A program made the translations under genes and the position numbers. From Trichosphaerium sp. ATCC 40318 (taxonomy: Eukaryota > Protista > Tubulinea): a DNA stretch of 64,000 bases. Positions within the stretch are counted from its first letter, which is position 1. The number at the start of each line of letters is the position of its first letter. The notes below the pieces were generated by a model. It made no database searches, had not been told where the DNA came from, and saw only the letters and a program-made list of their open reading frames with translations. The DNA is taken from contig JALMLS010000138.1 of the NCBI GenBank assembly GCA_038496445.1, forward strand, positions 124,001 to 188,000, in the 5' to 3' direction. This document shows positions 22,654 through 33,591 of the stretch, piece after piece.

Positions 22654-25408
22654 CTACTCTGCAGGTGGACTCGCAGCCTATTTGAAGAAAAAAAAGAATG
22701 AGTACACAGCAATACTTTACTCGCGTAAATGGTACCTCAACAAGCTTTGTAATTGCAGAAGCAATCTTTGCTTCATTAACTACACCAGTTACGCCTGCAT
22801 CTTTGACCAAATCTGGGATTTTCTTAGCTTCAAGCAAGTATTTAAAAACCTCCAAGTCTGTAGACTGCGTTTTACAGTAGTCTATAAACGTTTCAACAAT
22901 CTCTTCGCTAACAGAAGCTTTTTGTAGATCAGCTTTAAGTTGATCCAAAACATCTATTTAATCATAAGCAAACAACTTATAACTGCTCTATAGTTTACCT
23001 TCAGGTTTATCGTCAGTCGGTTCTTCAATTTCAGGCTCATCTACAACTTTTTTCTCTACAGGTTTAGGAGACGTATCAGTTTTATCTTCTGTTTTCTTTG
23101 AACGCCTTGATATTTTACTACTACGCTTTTTATCTCCACTACTTTCTCTAAGTTCTTTATCTCTCCTCTTCTTTTTAGAGTGTCTCTTATTCCCACCTAA
23201 ACTATTTGATTTGGACTTGATAGGCTTCTTATCACCATTTTCTCCTCCATTATCAAGCGCATCAAGAGCATCAAGACCCTAAACGAACACGTAAGCGAAC
23301 AGAATACATAAAAACGATGAGCAATTTCGCGTGAACGTTTCACTGAAAACAGTAAGTAGACATGCTTATGTTTACGTACCTGTGCAAACTTTTCTACACG
23401 TCGTCTTTGCATCTCTAGGAAGCGATCTTCAAGGGAAGGCAAGTTACACTTTTGAAAATACTCTTCTATTCTATCTTCACCAGCTCTCTTCTGATCTTCT
23501 TTAGATTGGCCTTTAAATAAAGCATCCTTTAATAACTCCTTAGCACTAGGACGACTCTTTGGATTTGTCTTCAAACAAGAATCTACAAAACTAATAAAAG
23601 TATCCGAAAACGCTAAAACATCTACAACAGAGCGTCAATATGGACTTCAAGCAAGTAGAAAAAAAAATTATCAACAAAAGTACCTTCTCCAGGCTTCAAA
23701 AATGTTTTTGCACTTCGTAGAGTAGGAGGTGCTTTTTTAGGGATAATATCAGCCCATATTTTAGCAGCAGGTACGTGATAGTAAGGCGGTTTGCCATAAA
23801 CCATCTCAATGGCAGTAATACTAAACACACAATCAGTTGATCAATCACAGTAGACATAGAGAAGCCAAACAAACTAAATTGTTTACGCAAAAAACACAAA
23901 CAAAGCAAGTACAGACGAGCTAATAAATAGTGTTAAACAACTTGTTTCTTACCCAACAGACCATATATCCGCCTTGAAGTTATATCCTTTAACCTTATCT
24001 GAATGATCACTGAGCTTTATCTTGACAATCTCAGGTGCCTATGACTCTAATAAATACAAAAAACCTGACTGATCCAAGAAGAAAAAAATTTTGCGTACCA
24101 TCCAACAAGGTGATCCTACAAACGTAGTACGGCGTAATCGTCTATCTGTTAACTCAGCTGATGTTCCAAAATCAGCGATTTTCAATTGTCCTTTGTTGTT
24201 TACTAGAATATTACCACACTTTGATAAAAACGGTTAGTGATAACTTGTAAAAAAAAATAATTTCAAATTTTTACCTTAATGTCTCGATGCACAATATCTC
24301 TTTCATGCAGGTACTTAATTCCTTGTAACGCTTGGTATAGCATAATGGTTGTTAGATCTTCCTACATAAAATAAATAAATAACCATCTCGTAGTAGACGC
24401 TGAGAATAGCGAAAGAAAAAAAAAAGTATTTTTTCAAGCAACTTTGTACAAAGATATGCGTTTGCGAAGCGCACGTGAAAAGTTTCCCGCAAAAAAAATT
24501 TACGCGTAATAGTTACTATTGATAAACAAACACTGACGCTTTTTTTGTATAACTACGCCAGCAAGAATTCTTACAAAAAAAAAAAGAAAAAAATGTAGTG
24601 TACAACAGAAAAACTACAAAATACTTCACGAGTGTTCCAATAAATAGTGGATTGTTACCTTTATACCATGCCCAAGGTATCTTATAATATCAGCGCAAGA
24701 ACCACGTTCCATATTCTCCATTACAACATACAACTGACCGTCCTCAATGAACGAACAGTAGAAATCAACGACATAACGTGAAGACAGTTCACACATGAGC
24801 TTCACTTCGTTCTCAATCAATATTACCGCCTTGCTATCCCTACATTGCGTAAGCACATTCTAGGCTATATAGATAGCGCGTTAAAGGCGAGTTTGGTGAA
24901 TGGTTAGAAAAACTTTTAAATAAACGGTAATAATACGCTGTTAGGCGTTTAAGAGATGAGTACATCATATTGCGGTATTTGTACTTTATCTCGATGGCTT
25001 GTTTCAGTTTTTTTTTTGTTCATCTACTCAAAAAAGTGCTAACAAGAAGCGTACGCTTTGTAGTCGCCCAGTTTCATAGTTTTAATCGCTACTATTTGAT
25101 TTTCTCTTGGTTTACACTTAGCACGATACACGGCGAAATCTTGCATTCCCTATGAATTATGTCATTGATAGAAGCGTACTGACGAAATGCACTACAAATA
25201 GAAAAAAACTATTGTGGTGCTCTTTTATAAAAAGGCACGCTTGCGATAATAGTGTTACGCGTCGAATGCGTGTGCGTGCGCTTACCTGTCCGATTTTACT
25301 CATTATTTCATAGTCCTCGCTTTTGTCAGGAAAGTATTTTTTTCGCTTATGTTCTAGGTCCCTGTCATCCATGGCATCGTCGACATCGTCTAAATTATCT
25401 AGCGACAT
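22654..25408 (-). CDS. Ste20/GCK-family Ser/Thr kinase (OSR1/SPAK-like) with C-terminal SAM-like domain
   Basis: VAIK; YVVMENMERGSCADII; HRDIKCGNIL; ADFG; RRTTFVGSPCWMAPE; GYNFKADIWSVGITAIEM; RPSAKELL; then a charged linker and ..LVKDAGVTGVVNEAKIASAI. Confidence 0.9.
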
Positions 25409-26937
25409 TAGGAAATGCTTTTATGCAGACTGAAAACGCGTGTAAAGGGTATAAATTGTATATCATGGTTACCTCCTGGCTCCGCCATTGTTTTATTGCT
25501 GTTAGCAAAATAATTCTGATCCCTATTAGTGTGAGAATACGGTACGCACATAAATATAACAACACAGAATGGTGATACAAGGCATTGTACACACGATATT
25601 TTTTTTTTCGAATGATTTAATATTGTACCTCTCTGTATGGCCGTAAAAGTGTATATAACAGCTGCTATGTAATTACTTACTTTGCCGGAGTGTTTTATGA
25701 CTTGTTAGTGAAATAAACAAACCAACGCATTTGACTGGCAAAAATTAGCTTTTGTTTTTGCCTTGCAAGTTTATTCTCTGAGTGCTATTCTGTTGTTTCG
25801 AAGCTCAAAACCACGCATAAATAGCTATTGAGTGCCAAGACGCAACGAGCGCGCTTTTAAGTTTTTTTTTGAATAACTCAGTTATTGGTTGTCAAGTACG
25901 CACTAAACCGAAAGCGCGGATATTCTCTAGCATGTTTCTGTGATATTGACGTTCCTACGCCAAAATCTGCGAATGCTCGTTGAATTCCACTGATAGGTCC
26001 CAAAATCGCCCCCGCAACGTTAGGGGACTTTGTTGCGGGTGTAAAACTGGCTGCAAGAACACGCATAAGAAAGACGCCTGTAACCAACAGTGAAGTGTTG
26101 TTGATTGTTTGTTGAACGATAATAATGGTTCCAAATGCCAAATGACACAAAAAGCAACGCCTCGCCAAGAACATTTTTTAGTATGGCTGCTGGGTCCTTT
26201 TGTTATCATGTATGAACACCAAAGCGCTTTAAATACCTTGATGTACTTATGTTATTTCATCTTGGGTACGTAGTGTTACATAGTAAGCAACTTACAGTTA
26301 ACAGGAATAATCAACCATCTCATCGGCCGAAAACGCACTGCTTTGACTTGCTACAAGTTAGCTTATCGTTGTCTACATATCTCACTTGTTTTACCATCAC
26401 TGGCGTACCATGCGTACATAAAACTGTCAAAACAGATTCTTTGTGAAAAAGAAAAATTACAACTAGCGATGTTCCAAACGAATAGAATACCGAATCTATC
26501 GCCAGAACGTAAAAAGTTGGAAATAGTCGAATATATTCCGATTCGGTTTTCAGAGAAGAGCGACTGTGAAACTGAAAGTTGTTGGCTTTTTTTTTAATCA
26601 CCAAGTGCTTTTTGTTCATCCAAACCACTCTCATACGTTGAAAAATGCATAGTTCTATACATAGAGTGGTTGAAAGCCCTATATTGAGTGAGTTTAAGAT
26701 ATCTACATTTTAGCGGTAAAACAAAGTCACAGTGAGCCTAACCGACACTTTTGTTGTGTGAAATTGTGCCAGTGGTGACGTTTTTTTGACAATTCGAGCC
26801 ACGTGATCTATTTTTTTGCTGTCTCAAAACCACTTTTTAGTACTTTCCACGCGTAGAAATAGCCATCACTTGAGGTAAAACATATTTTAACACAATTTTG
26901 TAGTTTTATCTATTCACTTGCTCTATTAAAAAAAAGT

Positions 26938-27547
26938 CTCAGACGTGTTCGGAATTAAAACAATGGGTTCAGGACAGCAATAAGGATGTAATTTGTGCCG
27001 TTTTATCTCACCACAAAAAAAGCGAGAAGAATATATTCGAATAAACCAAGAAAATTTGGTTCAAATACGAATTTTGCAATCTATCCGTTTGGAACATCGC
27101 TAATTACAACTTTCTCATGAAGTATGGGTGAAAGCGAGACTGGATGATTTATTTTCAGGAAATCTTTGTCTTTTTTTACATGCTTATATTGCATCCAACA
27201 AAACACCTCTTCATGGAGCTTTAAAGTTTTTAGAAACATACAAGACGTACTTTAAGTCATCAAAAGGATTGTTGTCAAAGTTCAAATATTCTATCGAATA
27301 CCTGGACAAGAAACATTCAGAACCACGACGAAATATGAGTGATTTAATGAAGGATTTTGAAGAGGTGTATTTATCTCATTATAGTAGTGATCCACGTGGA
27401 CAAATTTATTACGAAAATTTTAAGAATATGCAACCAAGAATATGCAGATCTTTTGATTCTCTTTTTGTTTATTTACGAAAGACAAACCACTGGAGACTTT
27501 GGGAGATAATAGATGCATTTTTTGAAGTAATTTATGGGAGTTTATAA
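26938..27547 (+). CDS. Hypothetical helical protein; 5' structure unresolved
   Basis: 139-aa open exon with protein-like composition, plus a probable upstream exon SQTCSELKQWVQDSNKD followed by GT. Confidence 0.35.
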
Positions 27548-28024
27548 TCAAGTTTGATTCAAAAAGACTACCAAGTAACAGAGGAAACGCGTATAACTTA
27601 AGTAGATATGTCATGTATTTTTTGATGTACGAAGATGGTTATGTTTCTTATCTTGATAAGAACCTGATAATTGACTAGTACTGATATATTTAAAGATGTA
27701 CATTACCTGGTAATTGCTTTGCTAAATTAGAATAAATACTTCTATAGTATGCTGTTTAAGTTGCTACTAACAGCGTTGTACCTCAATGAGGACATCGATA
27801 GGATTGCTGTCGCTTTGGTTCTTTGTCAAGCGTGTGCTATAAACAACTCTCTTATCAAGGCTAAAGCACCCTAATTCGGTATTGAATAGTCAACTTCTAC
27901 TAGCTTTCAGAGCAAAGCCCAACATTGTTCGCTAGTTTTGCAACACTCCACCTTTAATTCATGCGTTCACAAATCGTTCGGAGGTTAAGCCGTAAACATT
28001 GTCTGTAATTGTGCTCTTGAAACA

Positions 28025-29441
28025 ATGTCGGCGTGCAAGTACGTATTATATTACCAAGTAATCATTAGTAACACTTGTAAGCGATTGTATCGATTTTAAT
28101 TGTATGCCTCCTGAAAATAATCTAATGACTCTTCCTGTTGAAATGATTACGCTAATCATCACTTCCTCTGTGCTCAGCACTATTGATATTATGAAATGTC
28201 GCTGTGTTTGTACTTTCTTACACAGCATTGTAAATACAACGAATATAGGAACGGTACGCCTGTCGCAACACGTTTTTTAAATTATTTTTGCTGTTTTTGC
28301 TAACTGTGCACGTGTTTCTTCCTAGGATTTATTCAAAGAGCTTGTATTCGATCATATCGCTGGTTCTACGGTTGGTTTTATTGATGGAGATGCTTTAAAC
28401 GAATCTAAATTTTTATATCTGGGTGGTTTAGCACGAGACCCTATAAACAAGGATAATGTAAGCAGCATCGAAAGTTTTACGGTTTCATTTATTTTCGGGT
28501 AAAAAAAACCGTAGGTTGAGAGATATCGTCATTTTTTCTTGTCTCGTTATTTAATCGTTTAGATAATGCTTCTGGACGAAGACAACAATGCTATCCGAGT
28601 ATTAAACGAGAAGACAAACAGCGTATGGACTTTTGCAGGATCTAGAGCGTTTGCAAATAACGCGAAAGCAGAAAGTATAAAAACCGTTAGAAATATCGTT
28701 GGGTACAAAGATGGTAAATGTTCTGATGCAATGTTTTTTCGTCCAAGACATCTCATTTGTGATAAATCTAACGGACTAATGTACTTTCTTGATTGTTCAA
28801 ACCTAGCAATTCGAAAAATATCCGTAAAAGAAAACTACATATCCACAGTAATAGATAACTCATCAAGCTTCTTAAAAGACCCTTTCGTAGGTCCTTACTT
28901 TACTGAACTAGCTGCAGCTTGTCTTGATGTTAATGGAGACCTTCTTATAACCGATTCTGATAGTATACGCCAAGTACATATAACAAAAGATCCGATAACT
29001 ATAAGTACATTAGATGTTACTATTGATAAAAAAGGAGGTAGTAAACATAGCAGATATATTAGATCTATATGTGTATCAAAGACAAAAGGAGATATTTATT
29101 TCCTTTGTAACTCTGATAAGATATTTCACCTTATACGTTCAGAAAAAGGTTCACATGAATGTCACGTGTTTATGGATTTTGTTAAAAGTATAAAAAGAAC
29201 CAAAAGAGGTAGGTGTATTGATACATGGTGCTTAGCTTTTGATAGAAAAGGTGACTTGTATTGTTCTTGTACAGGATGTATTTATAAGTTTTATTTAAAG
29301 ACTGGTAGATATGTTAAGCTTAGGTTATGCGATGTATTAAAAGGAGAACCTATAACACAGTTACATTTTGTTGGTGATGATATGTACCTTATTGTACAGA
29401 ATCATATGAAGACAAGTAGAGTATTTAAGATAGCGTTGTAA
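28025..29441 (+). CDS. F-box plus NHL-repeat beta-propeller protein (4 exons)
   Basis: MSACNDCIDFNCMPPENNLMTLPVEMITLII..DIMKCRCVCTFL (F-box), then IAGSTVGFIDGDA..F, GYKDG..AMFFRPRHL, N.AIRKI (NHL repeats). Confidence 0.8.
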
Positions 29442-29704
29442 ACAATAAATACAATTAATACAACTTAGTTATGTTTGACCCTGTGCTCAACTGCGACATA
29501 AAGTGTACTGGCACAACCGAGGAACAGTTAAAAAATGGTGGTGTCTGTGATGGTGCTATTACAATACTGTCTGTGTGAAGTTTGGTTTGATCACATTTCA
29601 ACGTTTGTTGTAACAATGCTCATTGTGGACTTTTGGAAACTTGCTTTCATGTAGCAAAAGGGTAAAATACAACTAAACTAAACTTTATTTGGTCTCAACA
29701 AATC

Positions 29705-30763
29705 TCATTCAATGTGTGGTGCCTCAAAGTGAGATTCTGACATGGTTGTGGGGAGCTCTTGAGGCTCGGAACTGTCAGCATTGTAGCCGGGGTTGGTAGG
29801 CGGCATAGTTGGGTATAACTGCTGTGTTGGTTCAGCGTCATCTTTGTCATCTGGCTCGGCCAATGGGTGGGAATCTACTTCGGTCGGGGTGGGTTCTTTC
29901 GTTGGCTGGGTTTCGACCGTTTTTTCGGCCAGTTCTGGTAGATTCAAATTTACTGTTGGCTTGCGATTCCTTGGGTCGAGTTCTGGTAGGTACAGGTTTT
30001 TTCTTTTCTTTTCCTCCGGAGAAGCGTAAAGAAGCTTCAGGCTTGACATCTGTTTACTCAATTTTTCTTCTTCCTTCCTCACTGACGCGATGTTGGTGGT
30101 TACTGATTCCATCATTACACTTAGTGCTTGTGAATATTGCTTTGATTTTTCGTTTTGATCGTCATAATCCTTGACCACGTTGTAATTTTCTTCATTCACG
30201 TGCGCTTTGAACTTGGCAAAGTTACCTAGAGCCTTCATGTTTTGAGCTTCGATCAGAAGGTTTTGGAGGTCGTCATACAAGTTTGATTGAAAGTCATAAC
30301 TACCTTCGAAATAAAAAGACGGTTTCATGTTCGCATCTCCCATCGAGTACATGGCGTGATTTTCGAGCTGGAATAAGTACTTGACGGTCTCTGCGTATCC
30401 AAACTTTACAATGACGCAGTATGGTGGCTTGAAGATCATCACATTGGTATTTTTGAGACAAAATTGATCTTTTTCGTTTTGAGCCATTGCTGTCACGAAG
30501 TGACAAAATAGTTCCTCAAAATCGTTTCGCAGCTCTCGTATCTCCCTTGTTATCTTGCGACAAAAGGCTTTGAGCTCTATCAGGGCGAGTGACGGTCCGT
30601 GGTCGAGCATACAGATACTTCTTGTTAACGTGTTCAACACTGTAACCTCTAGCTCTTCGCCAGGCAAGATGAGGTCGGTTATTTGTTTCATTGACGAATT
30701 GTCGACTTCTTTTAACCGCTTGAGCCACGTGCGGTTCTGTATGGTTAATTTATTACCAGACAT
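29705..30763 (-). CDS. Intronless GC-rich orphan protein (352 aa) with coiled coil and Pro/acidic tail
   Basis: Long uninterrupted ORF with GC content visibly above its flanks. No family recognised. Confidence 0.7.
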   Translation of the reverse strand: MSGNKLTIQNRTWLKRLKEVDNSSMKQITDLILPGEELEVTVLNTLTRSICMLDHGPSLALIELKAFCRKITREIRELRNDFEELFCHFVTAMAQNEKDQFCLKNTNVMIFKPPYCVIVKFGYAETVKYLFQLENHAMYSMGDANMKPSFYFEGSYDFQSNLYDDLQNLLIEAQNMKALGNFAKFKAHVNEENYNVVKDYDDQNEKSKQYSQALSVMMESVTTNIASVRKEEEKLSKQMSSLKLLYASPEEKKRKNLYLPELDPRNRKPTVNLNLPELAEKTVETQPTKEPTPTEVDSHPLAEPDDKDDAEPTQQLYPTMPPTNPGYNADSSEPQELPTTMSESHFEAPHIE

Positions 30764-31095
30764 GCGGTTGGTATACGTTCTAGCTTTTAGGAACTACAAT
30801 AATGTATCTTGACTTTTAGGAACTGAACGGAAAAAAAGTGGCCTTCAAAGAAAGTAAACAATCACATTTTTACACAACAAATAAAATTCTCTATTGAAGT
30901 GAAACGTTGTTGCTTTGTTTGCTTAAGATGTACTCAACGAAAAGGTCTATCGTTGGGTGTTCATGATACTGATTATAAGCAATTATTACGCGTTTAAGGC
31001 CATAAAATAACTTGAAAACTGAATACAAGTGATAGTTATTTATTTATCAGAAAATGGGAACCACGTGACTACACTGTCGAACGTTGAAGGAGTAT

Positions 31096-32191
31096 TCAAC
31101 ATACTTTCCGTATTAAAGACCTATGGATATGAGGAATAACACCACAAGCAGGTAAAACTGCCTCGGTGGTTAAGCCGTCTAACTCTTCATCGCCACGAAC
31201 TGCCATAAAGATATGACGTGGTATTATGCGTTTAACTTTCAAGTCTCTAGATGCATTGCCTGCCAATTCAAGTACCTCAGCTAAAGTAAATAATTAGTTC
31301 GTCATGCAAAAAGCTTGGCAAAAAAGAAGAAAGACTTACCAACCAGGTACTCTAATACTGCTGATAAAAAGACTGGCGCAGTCGCGCCAACACGTGTTGA
31401 TAGTTGAGACTTTTCTTTAATATGCCTGTGTATGCGTCCCACCTAACCAAAAAAAGAGATAAGCGTCGAACGTTATTAGAGGCAAGATGAAAAACGTACA
31501 GGAAATTGAAGCCCTGCTTTAACTGCTCTTGTAACGTTGCCAATGTGAGCTGTTTTAGGGCCTGCTGTGTTGGGTGTAGAACTATCACTGGCTAGATACT
31601 TTACTACTGCCTAGGTGTAAGGGTAAGCATGCATTGTAGAGTACGTAACAGAGTAGAAACCAGTAGTTGTTTTTCAACAAAACAAAAAACTTTGATATTT
31701 TTTGTGGTCCGTACCTTTGTTCCTTCAGATACACCATGCTTACCGAGTTCACCAGGTAGCTCAAAACGTGTTGCTAAGCAAAAACTGATTAGAAGAGTTT
31801 TCGCGTTTTCGAAGAAAGAGGATTGCTGTGTTAAACACAACGCTACGAAACCGCGTGAATAACTTTATTTATGGTACCTGTCATGATATCCCTTGAGTCT
31901 AACGTTTTTTTTTTGTCTTTGGATAATAGTTCGTCTGCGCTGTTTATAAGCCTATGTTACAGAGTAAGCGAGCGAATAAAAACAATTTAACAGCGTGTAA
32001 CCTTTTTTCCATATCGTATACTACGAAATCGTTAATAAGCAACGCAACAATCTCTACGATAGGATGGTAGTACCAAAACTATTCATTATTGCCATAGCTT
32101 TATTGGAGATACCAAGATCAGGGTGAACTTGCTTCAGGACCTTGTAAATGTATGTGGAAAATGTTTCAACTCTTCTTCTGTTGCCTCTCAT
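31096..32191 (-). CDS. Single-chain histone H2B-H2A.Z fusion (histone doublet), 222 aa, 7 exons
   Basis: Exons 32191-32074, 32020-32002, 31951-31878, 31773-31715, 31610-31500, 31442-31340, 31280-31096 (669 nt, all GT-AG, in frame). H2B part: [60 protein letters not shown]2A.Z part: [64 protein letters not shown]. Confidence 0.92.
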
Positions 32192-32270
32192 GTTCGTTAC
32201 CGGAAGTATGATGGCTTAAGCAATAGTGACTTGTCACCTAATTTTAAAAAAGGTGTTGTTACCACGCACA

Positions 32271-33233
32271 ATGTCGAAACCGAAATTAAAGATAACCGCA
32301 GCACGTAAACTTACTGTAGAAACTCCAAACTTGCTATTGATGCCTCTTGAGATACTGTTAAAGATTATGATAAATACAGACTTTAAATGTCTTGATTTGG
32401 CGTCGTTACAACAATCCAATCATTTTCTAAACGATACAATACGAAACAACCAAGATTACATTTACCGACATTTATACATCTTAAAATGGGGCTCCGATGG
32501 CGAAGAAATAGAGGCAGCATGCCATAGAATAATACAAAGTGATTTGAAGAGACGTACTACCCATAAACCTAGAGTACACTGTGCTAAGACACAAGCATTG
32601 GAAACTAGGACTCACACTACAAAAATACCTCCAACTTTGTACAATGTCAATGCAGTCACGTGGAAAGAAAAATACAAGAACAAACTTGTTCCAAATATCG
32701 TTGCTGAACTGACATGTGACAAGCCATACGTTCATAGAGGACAGACACTTATCTTCAAACTTACACTTCAAAATATTGGCAGATCCATAGAGACATTGTA
32801 TATTGATTACGATTATAATTGTAACGGTATTGAAGGTGGTAATGTTATAAATACTTGGAAGTCAACAGTATCTGGTAAGACAAAATATTACGGGTTAGCA
32901 CATGCACAAGAATTTTTGGTTCCTATAAATCAAGGAGAAACAAAGACATATGGAATACGTCTTCTCTTTGAAAAATCCAAGCCATCACTCTTTGTACAGT
33001 ATCCGCAAACAAAGTCACGAATTGAAGAGACATTTTCTCTTCAAGGTAAGATAACACATGTTCTCATTGCTGATGATAAGACACCGACTGTTTTTTCTAT
33101 TCAACTGTATGCTAGAGTTAATGTTGTTACCAAATTAGAAGAGAAATATACTCATGGAAGAAAAGTTTACGGACATTGTTCAGTGGTTATTAGCAACACT
33201 TTAAATATCACTTTTGATAAGTCACCGCTTTAA
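32271..33233 (+). CDS. Intronless F-box protein (family member B)
   Basis: LLLMPLEILLKIMI..CLDLASLQQSNHFL; VAELTCDKPYVHRGQTLIFKLTLQNIG. Confidence 0.85.
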   Translation: MSKPKLKITAARKLTVETPNLLLMPLEILLKIMINTDFKCLDLASLQQSNHFLNDTIRNNQDYIYRHLYILKWGSDGEEIEAACHRIIQSDLKRRTTHKPRVHCAKTQALETRTHTTKIPPTLYNVNAVTWKEKYKNKLVPNIVAELTCDKPYVHRGQTLIFKLTLQNIGRSIETLYIDYDYNCNGIEGGNVINTWKSTVSGKTKYYGLAHAQEFLVPINQGETKTYGIRLLFEKSKPSLFVQYPQTKSRIEETFSLQGKITHVLIADDKTPTVFSIQLYARVNVVTKLEEKYTHGRKVYGHCSVVISNTLNITFDKSPL

Positions 33234-33591
33234 ATAGAGGTGTTGTCAACACTGTAATTTGTACATTAAACGTTCCCAGTTGGTTACTACCGACTGAAAG
33301 GAACAACAATACAATTTAGTTCTCACTGTGTTCGTTGTACAATGTCATATTTTCTACTCCAACAAAACAGGCAAGAAATATCAACCTTGTGTTGAACGAG
33401 TATAAATAACATACGCCAGATTCTATGAGGTAACCAACTCGTTAATAAAACAGCACAATAGCAATTAGACTAATGTATGAAACCACATACTCAATGTTGA
33501 CTTTATTGTATTGTGCGATTGATTACGTAATCATTGTAATTTCATAGCGTCAACACTTTACCATTACGATAGTTTCTTACGATTTAGACTA

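Noticed and set aside
25930-26240. Cys-rich stretch (CCGCKTGCKN..)
   Set aside because: Interrupted by a frameshift and a stop. It cannot be supported as a gene, and one TGA is not evidence of selenocysteine or a code change because the other genes use TGA as stop.
31352-31862. ORF-track products in this interval
   Set aside because: Off-frame, antisense or intron-spanning pieces of the histone doublet exons.
31096-32191. Interpretation of the histone doublet as part of an integrated giant virus
   Set aside because: Six spliceosomal introns, host-like composition, specific H2A.Z signatures and no recognisable NCLDV core genes in the window.
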